Below are positions 23,127-33,990 of a stretch of DNA of 41,495 bases, piece by piece. The translations under genes and the position numbers were made by a program. Origin of the DNA: Clostridia bacterium (GTDB lineage Bacteria > Bacillota > Clostridia > Oscillospirales > CAG-272). Under the pieces are notes generated by a model that worked only from the letters and a program-made list of their open reading frames with translations, was not told the origin of the DNA and ran no database searches. Where the stretch lies: assembly GCA_017453285.1 (NCBI GenBank), contig JAFTKL010000043.1, positions 1 through 41,495 of the forward strand. The letters are read 5' to 3'. Every line of letters starts with the position of its first letter. Within the stretch, counting starts at the first letter, position 1.

Positions 23127-25871
23127 TTAAATGTCGTATTTAGCAAGTATTTCGGCAGGTGTCTTGCGCACAAGGCTTCTTATCGGGATCTGACCGCAGA
23201 CGGCAGTGACCGCGAAGATAAGCACAAATGCCGCGAGAGCGATCCACCACGGATAGTAAACTATCATCATCGCTCCTGTTCCCATCGCGCTCAATGCCGA
23301 CATTACCCAGCTTGTAAGCAGGTATCCGACGAATATAGTAAGCGTGAAGAGCACCATAGTCTCGATAAAATATCTGTAGCAGAGATTTCTGCGACTGACA
23401 CCGATAGCACGGCTGATGCCGACCTCCTTGATGTCGCCGAGAAGTGCTGAGCGCATAATAAAGTAGAGACAGAGCGAGAGCACCGCGCAAACGATCACGA
23501 GCATTATTGCAAGCATCACGAAGGTGCCGTAATACTCGCTTCTGAGCGTCTGTCTTGCCATTTTCGGAGTTATCACCTTACCCTCTTCGTACTTTGCGGC
23601 AAGCTCCTCGCCGAGAGTGCCAGCATCGTTGCTGTAGAATACGTAGTATCCGCCCGAATAAATATACGATGAGAGTCCGTCGAGCTTGCCCGCCGAGTAA
23701 GTGATCGAGATATCCTCCATATCCTCACGCGTCATAATTATTGAGGGAAGCGTGAAGAAGTTTGAGGATGCGCAATCGTTGCGAACCGAGACAACAAAGG
23801 AATTGTACTCCTTTTCCTTGGATGCGAGGAAGTCCTTATAGTCTGCCTCTGCCTGATCGGGCTTATCATCGTAATATCCCGGCTTCTGCTGATAAAGCCA
23901 ATCTTGATATCCATATATGCCGTACATATATCCGATATAGCTCTCGAGCGACTCGGCTATGTTCATACCGTAATAGCGCAGCATATAATTTTCAAACATC
24001 TCGTCGCTGACCTCGACCTTGATGTGTCCTGCGATCTTGTAGCTCTTGCCTGCGATCACGAACTTCTCGCCCTCAATGCCCTCTCGAACGTAGATGCTTC
24101 CCTGCTCGAGCGCGGGAAGATCAACTCCCGAATGCTCAAGGTCAGAGACGTAGGTGGTCTGCACGCCGTAAAGCAGGGATATCTGCTTTTGCAGATAGGT
24201 GTAATCGTGATAAAACGCCTCTTCGTCCTCGCCCTCCACTATATCGACCACGCGGTAGCCCTGAGTGTTTCTACCGTAAGGATCGTATCCCATATCTATA
24301 TTGCCGTATCCGCCGCCGTAGTAGTGATAGCCGCTGCTTGCGCTTGCATAGAGCAGGTCGCGGTAGTCCGAAAGGCTTGTGGTCGCCGCAGTCTCGATGA
24401 GCTTATCGGCAAGCTGACGTGTGATGATTATCTCATCCTCACTCTTGATCTCGCCCACTCCCTCAACTACCTCTCTGCCCTCAAGCAGACGCGCGGGGAG
24501 CGGATGGACGTTGGAGTTGTAAACGCTGTTATTGTATGCGTAGAGTGATGTCTCAAAGTCACCGAACGAGAAGTTGAGATTTTCATGGACGCTCGGGTGA
24601 TACAGCGAATACATATTGGTGATCGTGTAGTGATCCGCCTTGCCATCGGCAACTATCTCGCGTGCCTCCTCCTCGCTCATCTCGTTAGCGTTGACCGCAA
24701 CCGTGTGCGAGTTGAAGAGCTGCTCGACCTGCAAATATTCGTAAACTGCCGTGCCGAAGAAAGCAAAGACGAACACGATTATCGCCGAGAAGCAGAGCAT
24801 TCCCGCGACGAGAAATCCTTTTCTCTTCTTGCCCTTGCGGAAGTTTGCCTGATATCCGCTCTTGATCGCACCCTTGAGCGTGTACATTCTGCCAAGCTTT
24901 CCGTTTGATTCCAAAGGCGCGCGAAGCTCCTCGGGAAGCTCCTTTTCGGGTGTTTTGGGCTTTTCTACGTACTTACCCTCGTGAACGATAAGCTCGGAGG
25001 ATGCATCGGCAAGTCTGAGCTTTGCGCCCTCGTCTGCCGAGATATAAAGCGTTCCGCCCGACTCGATTATTCTTATCTTGGTAGGCTTATTCTCCTTCGA
25101 GCCGTAATACTCAAAGCAGAATTCGCCGTCCGACAGCTCCTCACGCTCCATATCGCCAAGATAGACCTCATTTGTCTTCTGCGCGTGATAGCCCTCGGTT
25201 ATCTCGTTGTCCCTCTCCTCGACTATTCTTCCGTCGGCGATGCCGATGACCTTGTCGCAGTAGCTGTCGACGAGATGCGCTTCGTGCGTTACGATAAGCA
25301 CGAGTCTTTCGCGCGAGATCGCCTTTAGCAGATCCATGACCATAACGGTATTCTGCTCGTCAAGGTTGCCCGTAGGCTCGTCGGCGAGTATGAGCGTGGG
25401 ATTTTTAACTATAGCTCTCGCGATAGCGACTCTCTGCTGCTGACCGCCCGAGAGTGCCGTCGGGATACGCTTGCGGTATTTTGCCATATCAACGCTCTCG
25501 AGTGCCGCCATAACTCTCTTTTCGATCTCGTCCTCATCAGTCACTCCGCAGAGTCTGAGCGAGAGAGCTACGTTATCGTACACACTCATACGGTCAGAGA
25601 GGTTGTAGTTCTGGAATATATATCCGACGTTGAGATTTCTCGCCTCGTCGGCATTGGGTGACATACGCTTGTGATCAAAGGTAACGCTGCCCGAGCTTGC
25701 CTCGTCAAGTCCGCCTATCATATTGAGAAGCGTAGTCTTTCCGCAGCCCGATTTACCGAAGAACGCGATCATTCCCTTCTCGGGAAGTGCCATATCTATA
25801 TTGTTGACCGCGTGAACCTCGTTGGGTCTGCCCTTATTATAAAACTTATTGAGTGAATTGAGTCTGATCAT
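23127..25871 (-). CDS. MacB-like ABC transporter, fused ATPase and FtsX-type permease
   Basis: GKSGCGKT, LSGGQQQR, ADEPTGNLD, VTHE; one TM, a large extracellular region, then three C-terminal TMs with KEVGISRAIG. Confidence 0.92.
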   Translation of the reverse strand: MIRLNSLNKFYNKGRPNEVHAVNNIDMALPEKGMIAFFGKSGCGKTTLLNMIGGLDEASSGSVTFDHKRMSPNADEARNLNVGYIFQNYNLSDRMSVYDNVALSLRLCGVTDEDEIEKRVMAALESVDMAKYRKRIPTALSGGQQQRVAIARAIVKNPTLILADEPTGNLDEQNTVMVMDLLKAISRERLVLIVTHEAHLVDSYCDKVIGIADGRIVEERDNEITEGYHAQKTNEVYLGDMEREELSDGEFCFEYYGSKENKPTKIRIIESGGTLYISADEGAKLRLADASSELIVHEGKYVEKPKTPEKELPEELRAPLESNGKLGRMYTLKGAIKSGYQANFRKGKKRKGFLVAGMLCFSAIIVFVFAFFGTAVYEYLQVEQLFNSHTVAVNANEMSEEEAREIVADGKADHYTITNMYSLYHPSVHENLNFSFGDFETSLYAYNNSVYNSNVHPLPARLLEGREVVEGVGEIKSEDEIIITRQLADKLIETAATTSLSDYRDLLYASASSGYHYYGGGYGNIDMGYDPYGRNTQGYRVVDIVEGEDEEAFYHDYTYLQKQISLLYGVQTTYVSDLEHSGVDLPALEQGSIYVREGIEGEKFVIAGKSYKIAGHIKVEVSDEMFENYMLRYYGMNIAESLESYIGYMYGIYGYQDWLYQQKPGYYDDKPDQAEADYKDFLASKEKEYNSFVVSVRNDCASSNFFTLPSIIMTREDMEDISITYSAGKLDGLSSYIYSGGYYVFYSNDAGTLGEELAAKYEEGKVITPKMARQTLRSEYYGTFVMLAIMLVIVCAVLSLCLYFIMRSALLGDIKEVGISRAIGVSRRNLCYRYFIETMVLFTLTIFVGYLLTSWVMSALSAMGTGAMMIVYYPWWIALAAFVLIFAVTAVCGQIPIRSLVRKTPAEILAKYDI

Positions 25872-28168
25872 TCCTTAGCACCTCCGCGTAAAGTCTTGCG
25901 CACACTCTCTTTGAACATCTTCTTGTTATACTTTCTCGAGATGTAGAGATTGATTATCATCATACCGAGAACTATCATCGCGTACTGCCAAGCGTGCATA
26001 AACGGGAAAAGCGGATTGAGCGAGGGAGAGGTGTAGATAAATACTGCCACGATCGCAAGAAGCAGGAATGACGGGATCATCGCAAGCGCGGTCTGCGCGT
26101 ACATCGAGATCTTGATTATCCTGTTCTCTATTCCCATCGAGCGAAGTATCGCAATATCTCCTCTCTTGGCTACGATCGCGCGTGCCGAGCAGATATAGAG
26201 GAAGAGTGCGAGGAACAGAAGTGTGATCAGCCATCCGAATACGGTAAAGATATTTGAAAATACCGCAAGCATCTTATCAGCCTGCGACGTGAATGTGTTA
26301 TCCGAAAGAACTGCGTAATATCCTTCGTCGCGAAGCTCGTCGATCTTTCTCTGCGCTGCGCTGTCATTCTTAAAGAAGAGCGAAGACTGACGGTAGTTGG
26401 GGTTTCTCAGTCCGCCGAGCACTTCGTCCGCAAGCTCGGGTGAAATATAGATCGACGCGGAGTTGCCCATAGGCTTGACCTGTACGTCCTCCATATAGAC
26501 GTTGCCGAACATATCCTCGTAGTAGCCGCCGTCATAGTACGGAGTCACAGAGGATACCTTGCACTTCTCTGCCACAAAGGTCGCGCTGTCGGGAACGAAG
26601 CTATAGGTCGCGCCCATCATATCGTAAGATATCTTCTCCCACCTAAACGCTATGTCAACGTCCCCCTTGTACTGCTTGATCTGATCGACGAGCTTGTGAT
26701 TGGTGCAGGAGATATAGAACTCGTCACCCGTGAGCGTGTCGTCGATATATATTCCGTCAAAGCCCGAAGGAAGATCGAGCAGCTTTGTGTCGCACGCCGC
26801 CTTGACCGAGCCAAAGCTGTACGCCGAGATGAAGCAATTCTTGGTGCAATCCGCAAATCCTTCCTCGGTAAATACTGCGTAAGGCGTTTTTGTATTGTCG
26901 TAGAAATAATCTATTCCGCAGATGGTGTAATCCTTGCCGCAGAGCTTGACTGTGGGAGTCGAGCTGCGGGACTCGTAGTCGCCGTAGATCTGCTTCCACT
27001 CGATCGGGAGAACGAGCATTACCTCGTCCTTGCTTGCAGGCTCGCTGCCGACGTCAGCGGAGTATTTTCCGTCGTCTATATACGCAAAGAGCTCGGACCA
27101 GATGCGGTAGTTGCGTCCGTTTTTCTCGTAGAGTCCGTTGATCGACATCTGCACGTCGTAAAGATAATCGTAGCGCGCGTGATCCTCAGCTCCCATTTTG
27201 GTAGCGAGCTCGGATATCTCGTCCTCGGTCGGAACCTTGCCGTCCTGCCGCGTGATTATAACTCTTCCGTCGCGCGGAACGAACACGTCGTAGTCCACGT
27301 TCATATCGTAGGTCATCGTAATGGTCGCAAAGAATGTTCCCATTATCGCCAGCACCATCAGCATACACATAAACGCAGAAAGCTTGGGCATCGCACGAAA
27401 TCTGTGAACTCCGAGCTCTGCGCCGCGCCTGAAGATATGCGACTTGGCATCAGCATCCTTGATCTCAACGCTCTCGCGCTTCTCGGTAGGGCGAAGCTCA
27501 GTGTCGCGCTCGATAGCTCCGTCGAAAATTCTTATCTCGCGCGTCGCATAAGCCTCAAGCTCCTGCGCCGAGTGCGTGACTACCACAACGAGCTTATCCT
27601 TCGAGATCTCGGCAAGAAGCGCAATTATCTCCTCGGACGATTTTGCGTCAAGGTTTCCCGTCGGCTCGTCGGCGAGAATTATCGGGCTGTCCTTCGCGAG
27701 TGCGCGCGCGATGACCGTCCTTTGCTTCTGTCCGCCCGAGAGCTTCGAGCCCTTGTGGTTCTTAAACCGAGTGAGTCCGACACGCTCGATAAGCTCAAGC
27801 GCGCGTTCCCTTCTCTCCTTTGGAGAGTCGATATAAGAAAGCGCGAGCTCTACGTTCTGGAGCACCGTAAAGCTATCAATAATGTTATAGTCCTGGAAGA
27901 TGAACGAGATGTATTTCTTTCTGTAGCTCTCCCAGTCGCTCTGCTCATGGTGAGATGTCGGCTCGCCCTCGATATAAAGCTCGCCCTCCTCATAGGTATC
28001 CATACCGCTCAGCATATTGAGCAGCGTGGTCTTTCCGCTTCCGGATTTACCCGTAACGGCAACGAATTCACCGATATCGAGATCAAGATCGACTCCGCGA
28101 AGTCCGACGGCTACCGAGCCCTCGGAAACGTAGATCTTGCCGATACCGCGCAGTGACAGTAAAGACAT
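25868..28168 (-). CDS. MacB-like ABC transporter, fused ATPase and FtsX-type permease
   Basis: GKSGSGKT, LSGGQKQR, ADEPTGNLD; C-terminal DIAILRSMG; ATGA overlap with the next gene. Confidence 0.92.
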   Translation of the reverse strand: MSLLSLRGIGKIYVSEGSVAVGLRGVDLDLDIGEFVAVTGKSGSGKTTLLNMLSGMDTYEEGELYIEGEPTSHHEQSDWESYRKKYISFIFQDYNIIDSFTVLQNVELALSYIDSPKERRERALELIERVGLTRFKNHKGSKLSGGQKQRTVIARALAKDSPIILADEPTGNLDAKSSEEIIALLAEISKDKLVVVVTHSAQELEAYATREIRIFDGAIERDTELRPTEKRESVEIKDADAKSHIFRRGAELGVHRFRAMPKLSAFMCMLMVLAIMGTFFATITMTYDMNVDYDVFVPRDGRVIITRQDGKVPTEDEISELATKMGAEDHARYDYLYDVQMSINGLYEKNGRNYRIWSELFAYIDDGKYSADVGSEPASKDEVMLVLPIEWKQIYGDYESRSSTPTVKLCGKDYTICGIDYFYDNTKTPYAVFTEEGFADCTKNCFISAYSFGSVKAACDTKLLDLPSGFDGIYIDDTLTGDEFYISCTNHKLVDQIKQYKGDVDIAFRWEKISYDMMGATYSFVPDSATFVAEKCKVSSVTPYYDGGYYEDMFGNVYMEDVQVKPMGNSASIYISPELADEVLGGLRNPNYRQSSLFFKNDSAAQRKIDELRDEGYYAVLSDNTFTSQADKMLAVFSNIFTVFGWLITLLFLALFLYICSARAIVAKRGDIAILRSMGIENRIIKISMYAQTALAMIPSFLLLAIVAVFIYTSPSLNPLFPFMHAWQYAMIVLGMMIINLYISRKYNKKMFKESVRKTLRGGAKE

Positions 28169-28266
28169 TGTTTCTCCTTTCTACTGACGGGTGCTTTGCA
28201 CCTCTGCTATATATGTCGCCAAAATCTTAAAAAGGTTACAAAAATATATAAATATTTTTCAAAAAT

Positions 28267-28295
28267 ATTATACCATTCTAAAAAATCTATGTCAA
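28267..28295 (-). promoter_or_regulatory. sigma-A promoter of the ABC transporter operon
   Basis: Minus strand TTGACA-17 bp-TATAAT with TG extension. Confidence 0.85.
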
Positions 28296-28375
28296 TACGG
28301 TGGGGGAAAGTTTTTGATAGAAGCTGATTTTATATATAAAGTGGGGCAAATCTCCCATATCGCAAAAATATATGC

Positions 28376-28404
28376 TTGAAAAGAAGAAAATAATATGCTA
28401 TAAT
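28376..28404 (+). promoter_or_regulatory. sigma-A promoter of glpK
   Basis: TTGAAA-17 bp-TATAAT with TG extension. Confidence 0.78.
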
Positions 28405-28437
28405 GTAATCAGAGAAGCTCTTTTTATGGGAGGACTT

Positions 28438-29937
28438 ATGAAAAAATACATTCTTGCACTTGATGAAGGAACGACGAGCGCACGCGCTATACTTTTTGAC
28501 AAAAAGGTACGCGCCGTCGCTATGTCTCAGCACGAAATTCCGCAGATATACCCCCATCCCGGCTGGGTCGAGCAGGACCCGATGGATATCTATGCAAATC
28601 AATACTCCGCGCTGACCGAGTGTATCGCGAAGAGCGGCATTGACCCCGACGAGATTGCCGCGCTCGGAATTACAAATCAGCGCGAGACGACGATCGTTTG
28701 GGAAAAGTCGACCGGGCGACCGATCTACAACGCGATCGTCTGGCAATGTCGCCGCACGGCGAGTCTGTGCGAGGAGCTTGAGCGCGAGGGACATGGCGAG
28801 TACATCCGCAAGGTCACGGGACTGCGACTTGACCCGTATTTCAGCGGCACCAAGCTCAAATGGATACTTGACAATATCGAAGGCGCACGCGAGAGAGCCG
28901 AGGCGGGTGAGCTGCTTTTCGGCACGGTCGACACCTGGCTTGTCTGGAAGCTGACCGACGGCAAGGTTTTCGTCACCGACCGCACGAACGCATCGAGAAC
29001 TATGCTGTGCAACATTCACACGGGTGAGTGGGACGACGGAATGCTATCTCTTTTAGGAGTTCCCCGTTCTATGCTCCCCGAGATCAAGAGCAGCAGTGAG
29101 ATATACGGATATTTTGAATGTATGGGTGCGACGGTCGCGATCTCGGGCATCGCGGGCGACCAGCAGGCTGCACTCTTCGGTCAGTGTTGTTTTGAGAGAG
29201 GAAGCGCGAAGAACACCTACGGCACGGGTTGCTTCTTACTGACAAACACGGGCACTGAGGCGGTCGAGAGCAGCCACGGACTTCTGACTACCATCATCGC
29301 GACCGAGAAGGACAGACCTATCGAATACGCGCTTGAGGGCAGCGTTTTCGTTGGCGGCGCGGTAGTTCAATGGCTTCGCGACGAGCTTCACCTCATAAAC
29401 GACTCGCGCGACAGCGAGTATTTTGCGCGCAAAGCAAAAGACAGCGGCGGAGTTTACGTAGTGCCCGCATTTGCAGGTCTTGGCACTCCCTATTGGGATA
29501 TGCACGCGCGCGGCTCTATCTTCGGTCTTACGCGCGGAACGGGCGCGAACCATATAATCCGCGCCTCTCTTGAGTCGATCGCTTATCAGACCAACGACGT
29601 ACTGAGTGCTATGCAGGCTGATATGGGCACACGCGCGGTGAGCAGACTCAAGGTCGACGGCGGCGCGTCGGCAAACGATCTTCTTATGCAGATGCAGGCA
29701 GATTTCTCGGATATCACCGTTCTGCGCTCCTCGAACGCAGAGGCGACCGCCACCGGCGCAGCGTATCTTGCAGGTCTTGCGACGGGATTTTGGGCAGATC
29801 GCGACGAGCTTATCTCGCTCGCGGCGGGCGTGCGTGAATTCACACCCGAGATAGACAAAGACAAGCGCGCTTCTCTGCTCGACGGCTGGAGACGCGCGGT
29901 ATGCGCTTGCAGAGAATTTTCGAAAACGGAGGAATGA
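28438..29937 (+). CDS. glpK: Glycerol kinase
   Basis: [58 protein letters not shown] precedes ATG 28438. Confidence 0.96.
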   Translation: MKKYILALDEGTTSARAILFDKKVRAVAMSQHEIPQIYPHPGWVEQDPMDIYANQYSALTECIAKSGIDPDEIAALGITNQRETTIVWEKSTGRPIYNAIVWQCRRTASLCEELEREGHGEYIRKVTGLRLDPYFSGTKLKWILDNIEGARERAEAGELLFGTVDTWLVWKLTDGKVFVTDRTNASRTMLCNIHTGEWDDGMLSLLGVPRSMLPEIKSSSEIYGYFECMGATVAISGIAGDQQAALFGQCCFERGSAKNTYGTGCFLLTNTGTEAVESSHGLLTTIIATEKDRPIEYALEGSVFVGGAVVQWLRDELHLINDSRDSEYFARKAKDSGGVYVVPAFAGLGTPYWDMHARGSIFGLTRGTGANHIIRASLESIAYQTNDVLSAMQADMGTRAVSRLKVDGGASANDLLMQMQADFSDITVLRSSNAEATATGAAYLAGLATGFWADRDELISLAAGVREFTPEIDKDKRASLLDGWRRAVCACREFSKTEE

Positions 29938-29938
29938 T

Positions 29939-30868
29939 ATGAGCTACACACTAAAGGTTATCAAAGCTCCGTCGAGCGACGGAAAGCACACGCTCGTCGG
30001 AAGAGCATATATTCCCGAGGGCGAGGCGCGTGGATTTTTTCAGGTAGTTCACGGAATGGCTGAACACATCGCTCGCTACGACGGATTTATGCGCAAAATG
30101 GCTGAGGAGGGCTGGGTCTGCTTCGGTCACGACCACCTCGGACACGGAATGACGGCTGAGAGTGACGACGAGCTTGGATTTATTGCAAGCAAGGGCGGCG
30201 ACGCTCTGCTCGTGGACGACGTAAAGGCTTATTACGATGCGGTAGCGGCTGAGCTTTCTAAAACTCCCGAACAGCCGTACGTTCTTATGGGACACAGCAT
30301 GGGTTCTTTCGTGGTGCGTCTCGCGGCGGCTAAATACGGCGAGCCCGACAAACTCATAATTATGGGCACGGGCGGCAAAAATCCGCTTGCGGCGGCAGGT
30401 CTTGCGCTTATTGCAATCATCAAGAAATTCTACGGTGAGAAGCATATCTCAAAGCTCGTTGACAGTATGGCTTTCGGCGCATACAATAAGCGTTTCGGCG
30501 GCGGTAGCGAGGACGATCCTGCACCGTGGCTGACGACCGACGAGAGTATTCGTCGCACGTACTACGAGGATAAATTCTGCGGCTTCAAGTTCACCGTAAG
30601 TGCTATGGGCGACCTTATCAGAATGATCAAGAACTGCAACAAGAGCGCGTGGTACGGCTCGTTGCGCGCGGACATGAAGATCCTGCTCGTCTCGGGCGGA
30701 GAGGACCCCGTGGGCAATTACTCAAAGGGCGTTCTTGAGGTCAAAAAGAAGCTTGAGAAGCTCGGCGCTGACGTCAAGTGCGTGATCTACGAGAACGCGC
30801 GCCACGAGATCCTCAACGATTTCTCACGCGAGAACGTAATAAAGGATATAATTGAATTTGTAAAATAA
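29939..30868 (+). CDS. Alpha/beta hydrolase, lysophospholipase/monoacylglycerol lipase-like
   Basis: VHGMAEH, DHLGHG, GHSMG nucleophile, EDPV, RHEILN. Confidence 0.88.
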   Translation: MSYTLKVIKAPSSDGKHTLVGRAYIPEGEARGFFQVVHGMAEHIARYDGFMRKMAEEGWVCFGHDHLGHGMTAESDDELGFIASKGGDALLVDDVKAYYDAVAAELSKTPEQPYVLMGHSMGSFVVRLAAAKYGEPDKLIIMGTGGKNPLAAAGLALIAIIKKFYGEKHISKLVDSMAFGAYNKRFGGGSEDDPAPWLTTDESIRRTYYEDKFCGFKFTVSAMGDLIRMIKNCNKSAWYGSLRADMKILLVSGGEDPVGNYSKGVLEVKKKLEKLGADVKCVIYENARHEILNDFSRENVIKDIIEFVK

Positions 30869-30870
30869 CA

Positions 30871-30906
30871 AAAAAAGCTTTGAGTCTTTCGACTCAAAGC
30901 TTTTTT
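30871..30906. terminator. Bidirectional intrinsic terminator
   Basis: AAAAAAGCTTTGAGTC-TTTC-GACTCAAAGCTTTTTT between convergent genes. Confidence 0.92.
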
Positions 30907-31522
30907 AGTTTAATTGCTTATTCACTCTCGTGATTATCATATCGAGTGCCGCGGGGTTTGATCCGCCGCCGGGGACGATGATATCAGCGTAACGCTTGTA
31001 CGGCTCGACGAATGCGTCGTGCATCGGTTTTACGGTTGTGAGGTACTGATCTATTACCGAGTCGAGACTTCTGCCCCTCTCCTTGGTATCCCGCGATATT
31101 CTGCGCAGAATTCGTTCGTCCGCGTCGGTGTCGACGAAGATCTTCAGATCCATCTTCTCTCTCAGACGCTCGTCACAGAAAATGAGAATTCCCTCGAGTA
31201 TCACGACCGCGCGTGGCTCGACTCGCTCGGTGCGCGACGAACGGTTATGCACGGTGTAATCATAGACCGGAACGTCGACCGACTCGCCACGTGTGAGCGC
31301 TTCAAGATGCTCGCAAAGCAAGTCTGTCTCAAAGGCATCGGGGTGATCGTAGTTCTGCTTACATCTCTCCTCGTAGCTCATATCGTTCTGAGCGCGGTAG
31401 TAGCTGTCGTGCGTGATGACCGCCACGCGATCTCCAAACGCGCGTGCGATATTCTCGGCAAGCGTGGTCTTTCCGCTTCCCGTACCGCCCGCAACACCGA
31501 TTATCATAACGCGCTCGCTCAT
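30905..31522 (-). CDS. udk: Uridine kinase
   Basis: IGVAGGTGSGKTT, DSYY, NYDHPDAF, PVYDY, EGIL, RD..ERGR. Start overlaps the tdk stop. Confidence 0.95.
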   Translation of the reverse strand: MSERVMIIGVAGGTGSGKTTLAENIARAFGDRVAVITHDSYYRAQNDMSYEERCKQNYDHPDAFETDLLCEHLEALTRGESVDVPVYDYTVHNRSSRTERVEPRAVVILEGILIFCDERLREKMDLKIFVDTDADERILRRISRDTKERGRSLDSVIDQYLTTVKPMHDAFVEPYKRYADIIVPGGGSNPAALDMIITRVNKQLN

Positions 31523-32112
31523 ATCTCTTTTTCCTCTTTTGCCTGCTCGCTGATAGCCTTTTTCCAACAGGAATGGCACATAGCGACGTAAGAATCGTTA
31601 CCGCCGAGAAGTATCTGTCCGCCTCGCGTCAGCACTCTGCCATCAGCGTCGATACGCGCATTGACTATCGCCTTCTTGCCGCAAGTGCAGATAGTCTTTA
31701 TCTCGGTGATCGAGTCAGCCACCTCGAAAAGTCTGTGGCTTCCCTCGAAGGTGTGTGTAAGGAAGTCGGTGCGAAGTCCGAAGCAAAGCACGGGGACGTC
31801 GAGCTCGTCGACTATGCGGCGCAGGTCGTCTATCTGCCCTGCCGTAAGGAATTGGCACTCGTCCGCGATGATAACGTCGCAGTCAGAGTGAAGCTTGAAC
31901 TCGGAAAAGATATCCTTTTCGGGCGTGATGACCTCAGCCTCTGCCATAAGTCCTATACGCGACTGCACGACGGCGGCTCCGTCACGCGTATCGGTCGAGG
32001 GCTTGATGAGCCAGACCTTCATTCCTCGCTCTTCGTAATTGAATTTTGTGATCAGCGCGTTAGCCGTCTTAGACGAGCCCATCGCGCCATATTTGAAATA
32101 CAGCTTTGCCAT
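31519..32112 (-). CDS. tdk: Thymidine kinase
   Basis: YGAMGSSKT, SRIG, DECQFL, GLRTDF, Zn-binding Cys pairs. Confidence 0.96.
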   Translation of the reverse strand: MAKLYFKYGAMGSSKTANALITKFNYEERGMKVWLIKPSTDTRDGAAVVQSRIGLMAEAEVITPEKDIFSEFKLHSDCDVIIADECQFLTAGQIDDLRRIVDELDVPVLCFGLRTDFLTHTFEGSHRLFEVADSITEIKTICTCGKKAIVNARIDADGRVLTRGGQILLGGNDSYVAMCHSCWKKAISEQAKEEKEI

Positions 32113-32113
32113 A

Positions 32114-32851
32114 TCAGTCCTCTTTTTTGTTTCTCTTCTCTAAATATTTGTTAAATCTGTAAGCCGCGTAGAACACCGCCACTAAAAAAACCGCGCAAGC
32201 GCCGATAAAGCCTATCCAATGCCACGGAGTCGTAAACTTATCGTAGGGTATTGTACCGAGTCCGAAGACTATCGTGACGACACCAATACCTCTGCCGAAT
32301 ACTATCGACGGGATGAACCATTTGAGCGACATTCGCAGAGTTCCCGCAACCATAACGAGCGCGTCGTCGGGAAACATAGGAAACATCATCATAAGCGGAA
32401 AAAATACCGCACCTTTGTTATTGAGAAGCTCAGATGCGCGCTCGCAATCCTTGTCTCCAAGTATTCGTTTGCAGAGTCTGTAGCCGCCAAATCTGCCCGT
32501 GAGGTACATAATAAGGCTCGAAAGCATAACTCCCGTAAAGGCTATGAGGAACGCCTGCCAAACCGACGCGTAGAGCGCCTGAACGAGCATTATGAAAGCC
32601 ATTGAAAATCCCGGCACAAAGCAAAGCAGTGTTGTCAGCACGACCTGCGCGCCGAGAATTATAAGATTTCCGTACCACGAGCTGCGAAAACGCTCGAACA
32701 TCTCGATATTGATCTGTATTCCGTCGTCAAGATAGACCACGTCGAAAGCCCACAGTATCAGCAACGAGACTAATGATATGAGCAAAAATATCATAAGAAG
32801 AATGATCGCGTTGAGTATCAGCTTCTTATTTTTCAAGAGAAAATTTCTCAC
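32114..32851 (-). CDS. DedA/VTT-domain membrane protein
   Basis: Hydrophobic; FVPG, YLTGRFGG, FPMFPDDAL..AG..RM motifs. Confidence 0.82.
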   Translation of the reverse strand: MRNFLLKNKKLILNAIILLMIFLLISLVSLLILWAFDVVYLDDGIQINIEMFERFRSSWYGNLIILGAQVVLTTLLCFVPGFSMAFIMLVQALYASVWQAFLIAFTGVMLSSLIMYLTGRFGGYRLCKRILGDKDCERASELLNNKGAVFFPLMMMFPMFPDDALVMVAGTLRMSLKWFIPSIVFGRGIGVVTIVFGLGTIPYDKFTTPWHWIGFIGACAVFLVAVFYAAYRFNKYLEKRNKKED

Positions 32852-32870
32852 TCTGTATCTCCAATATAAA

Positions 32871-33947
32871 TTATTTAAGCTTGAATACCATACGCACGGG
32901 CGCGTGGTCGGAGTATTCGAAATCTGTGTCGATATTCTCGACCTCGACGCACTCCACGTTATCCGAAACTATAAATCCGTCGACGATGAGCGCAAAATTA
33001 CCCTCTTTATACGGAATATCGCAGTTACGGCAGGTCGGCACGAGCTCGCCGTCCTTGTAGTTTATACACCTCGAAAATCCTTTTGGAATATACTCCTCGG
33101 GAAAAGGCTGTGCCCATCCGTGCTCCTCCTCGTAACCGTTGAGATCAAGCACCGAGCTACCCGTGAAATCGTGATTGAAGTCGCCGCCGCAGACGATATA
33201 GTTTCCCTTCTTATACTCGCTCTCCATATCCTCAAGCAGCATAGTCATCTGCGCGTGTCTTATCTCGTCGTTTCCGCCGTACGCAGAAGAATGCATATTA
33301 TAAAGCAGAAGCTCCTTGCCGCCCTCTACCTCAATTCTGCTCACGCTGTAGCATCTGTCAAGATCGAGGAACTTTGAAAACGAGGTTGATATCGGCAGAC
33401 TGCGGCGCATCGAGGACGTAATATTGATATTGCTAAATGTCGCAAGCGAGCTCTTGGACGCGCCGTGAGGCTCGAAGATGGGGTACATAAGGTACGCAGA
33501 GTCGTAGTTCTGCGCATAGGTCGAGCAGTATGCACCGAATCGCTCTCGAAGCAACGCGTACTGATCGGTGTGGAAGCTTCTGGTAGAGTCAAGATCTACC
33601 TCTTGGAAAAGCACGAAATCGGGCGAGAGCGACTCTATTCTGTCCCCCGCCTTTCCGATGCAGTCAAGAACGCTCTCAAGGCTCTCGGCTCTCGACTCCT
33701 CTCCGCCGTCCATAAAGAATGTAAACTCAGGTGTATACGCGCCAAAACCGATGTTCTGCGTGACGATAGTGTATTCCTTACCAAGCTCTGCACGCTCTCC
33801 GCACTCGGCACGGTCGATGTTGCAATCAAGCTTATCGGGAAGCCGTTCGTAGCTGCATATAACGTAAAGCAGATACGCAAGCACGACGACAAAAAGAACG
33901 GCGATCACGGCTGCCAGAATTTTAAGTGTTAAAAAGAGCTTTTTCAT
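32871..33947 (-). CDS. Membrane-anchored endonuclease/exonuclease/phosphatase family protein
   Basis: N-terminal TM; TQNIG, FQEVD, NMH, GGDFN, DGF, SDHAPV. Confidence 0.9.
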   Translation of the reverse strand: MKKLFLTLKILAAVIAVLFVVVLAYLLYVICSYERLPDKLDCNIDRAECGERAELGKEYTIVTQNIGFGAYTPEFTFFMDGGEESRAESLESVLDCIGKAGDRIESLSPDFVLFQEVDLDSTRSFHTDQYALLRERFGAYCSTYAQNYDSAYLMYPIFEPHGASKSSLATFSNINITSSMRRSLPISTSFSKFLDLDRCYSVSRIEVEGGKELLLYNMHSSAYGGNDEIRHAQMTMLLEDMESEYKKGNYIVCGGDFNHDFTGSSVLDLNGYEEEHGWAQPFPEEYIPKGFSRCINYKDGELVPTCRNCDIPYKEGNFALIVDGFIVSDNVECVEVENIDTDFEYSDHAPVRMVFKLK

Positions 33948-33990
33948 GTACCCCTACCTCCGTTCAAAGAATAAATTTTACTCAACTATA

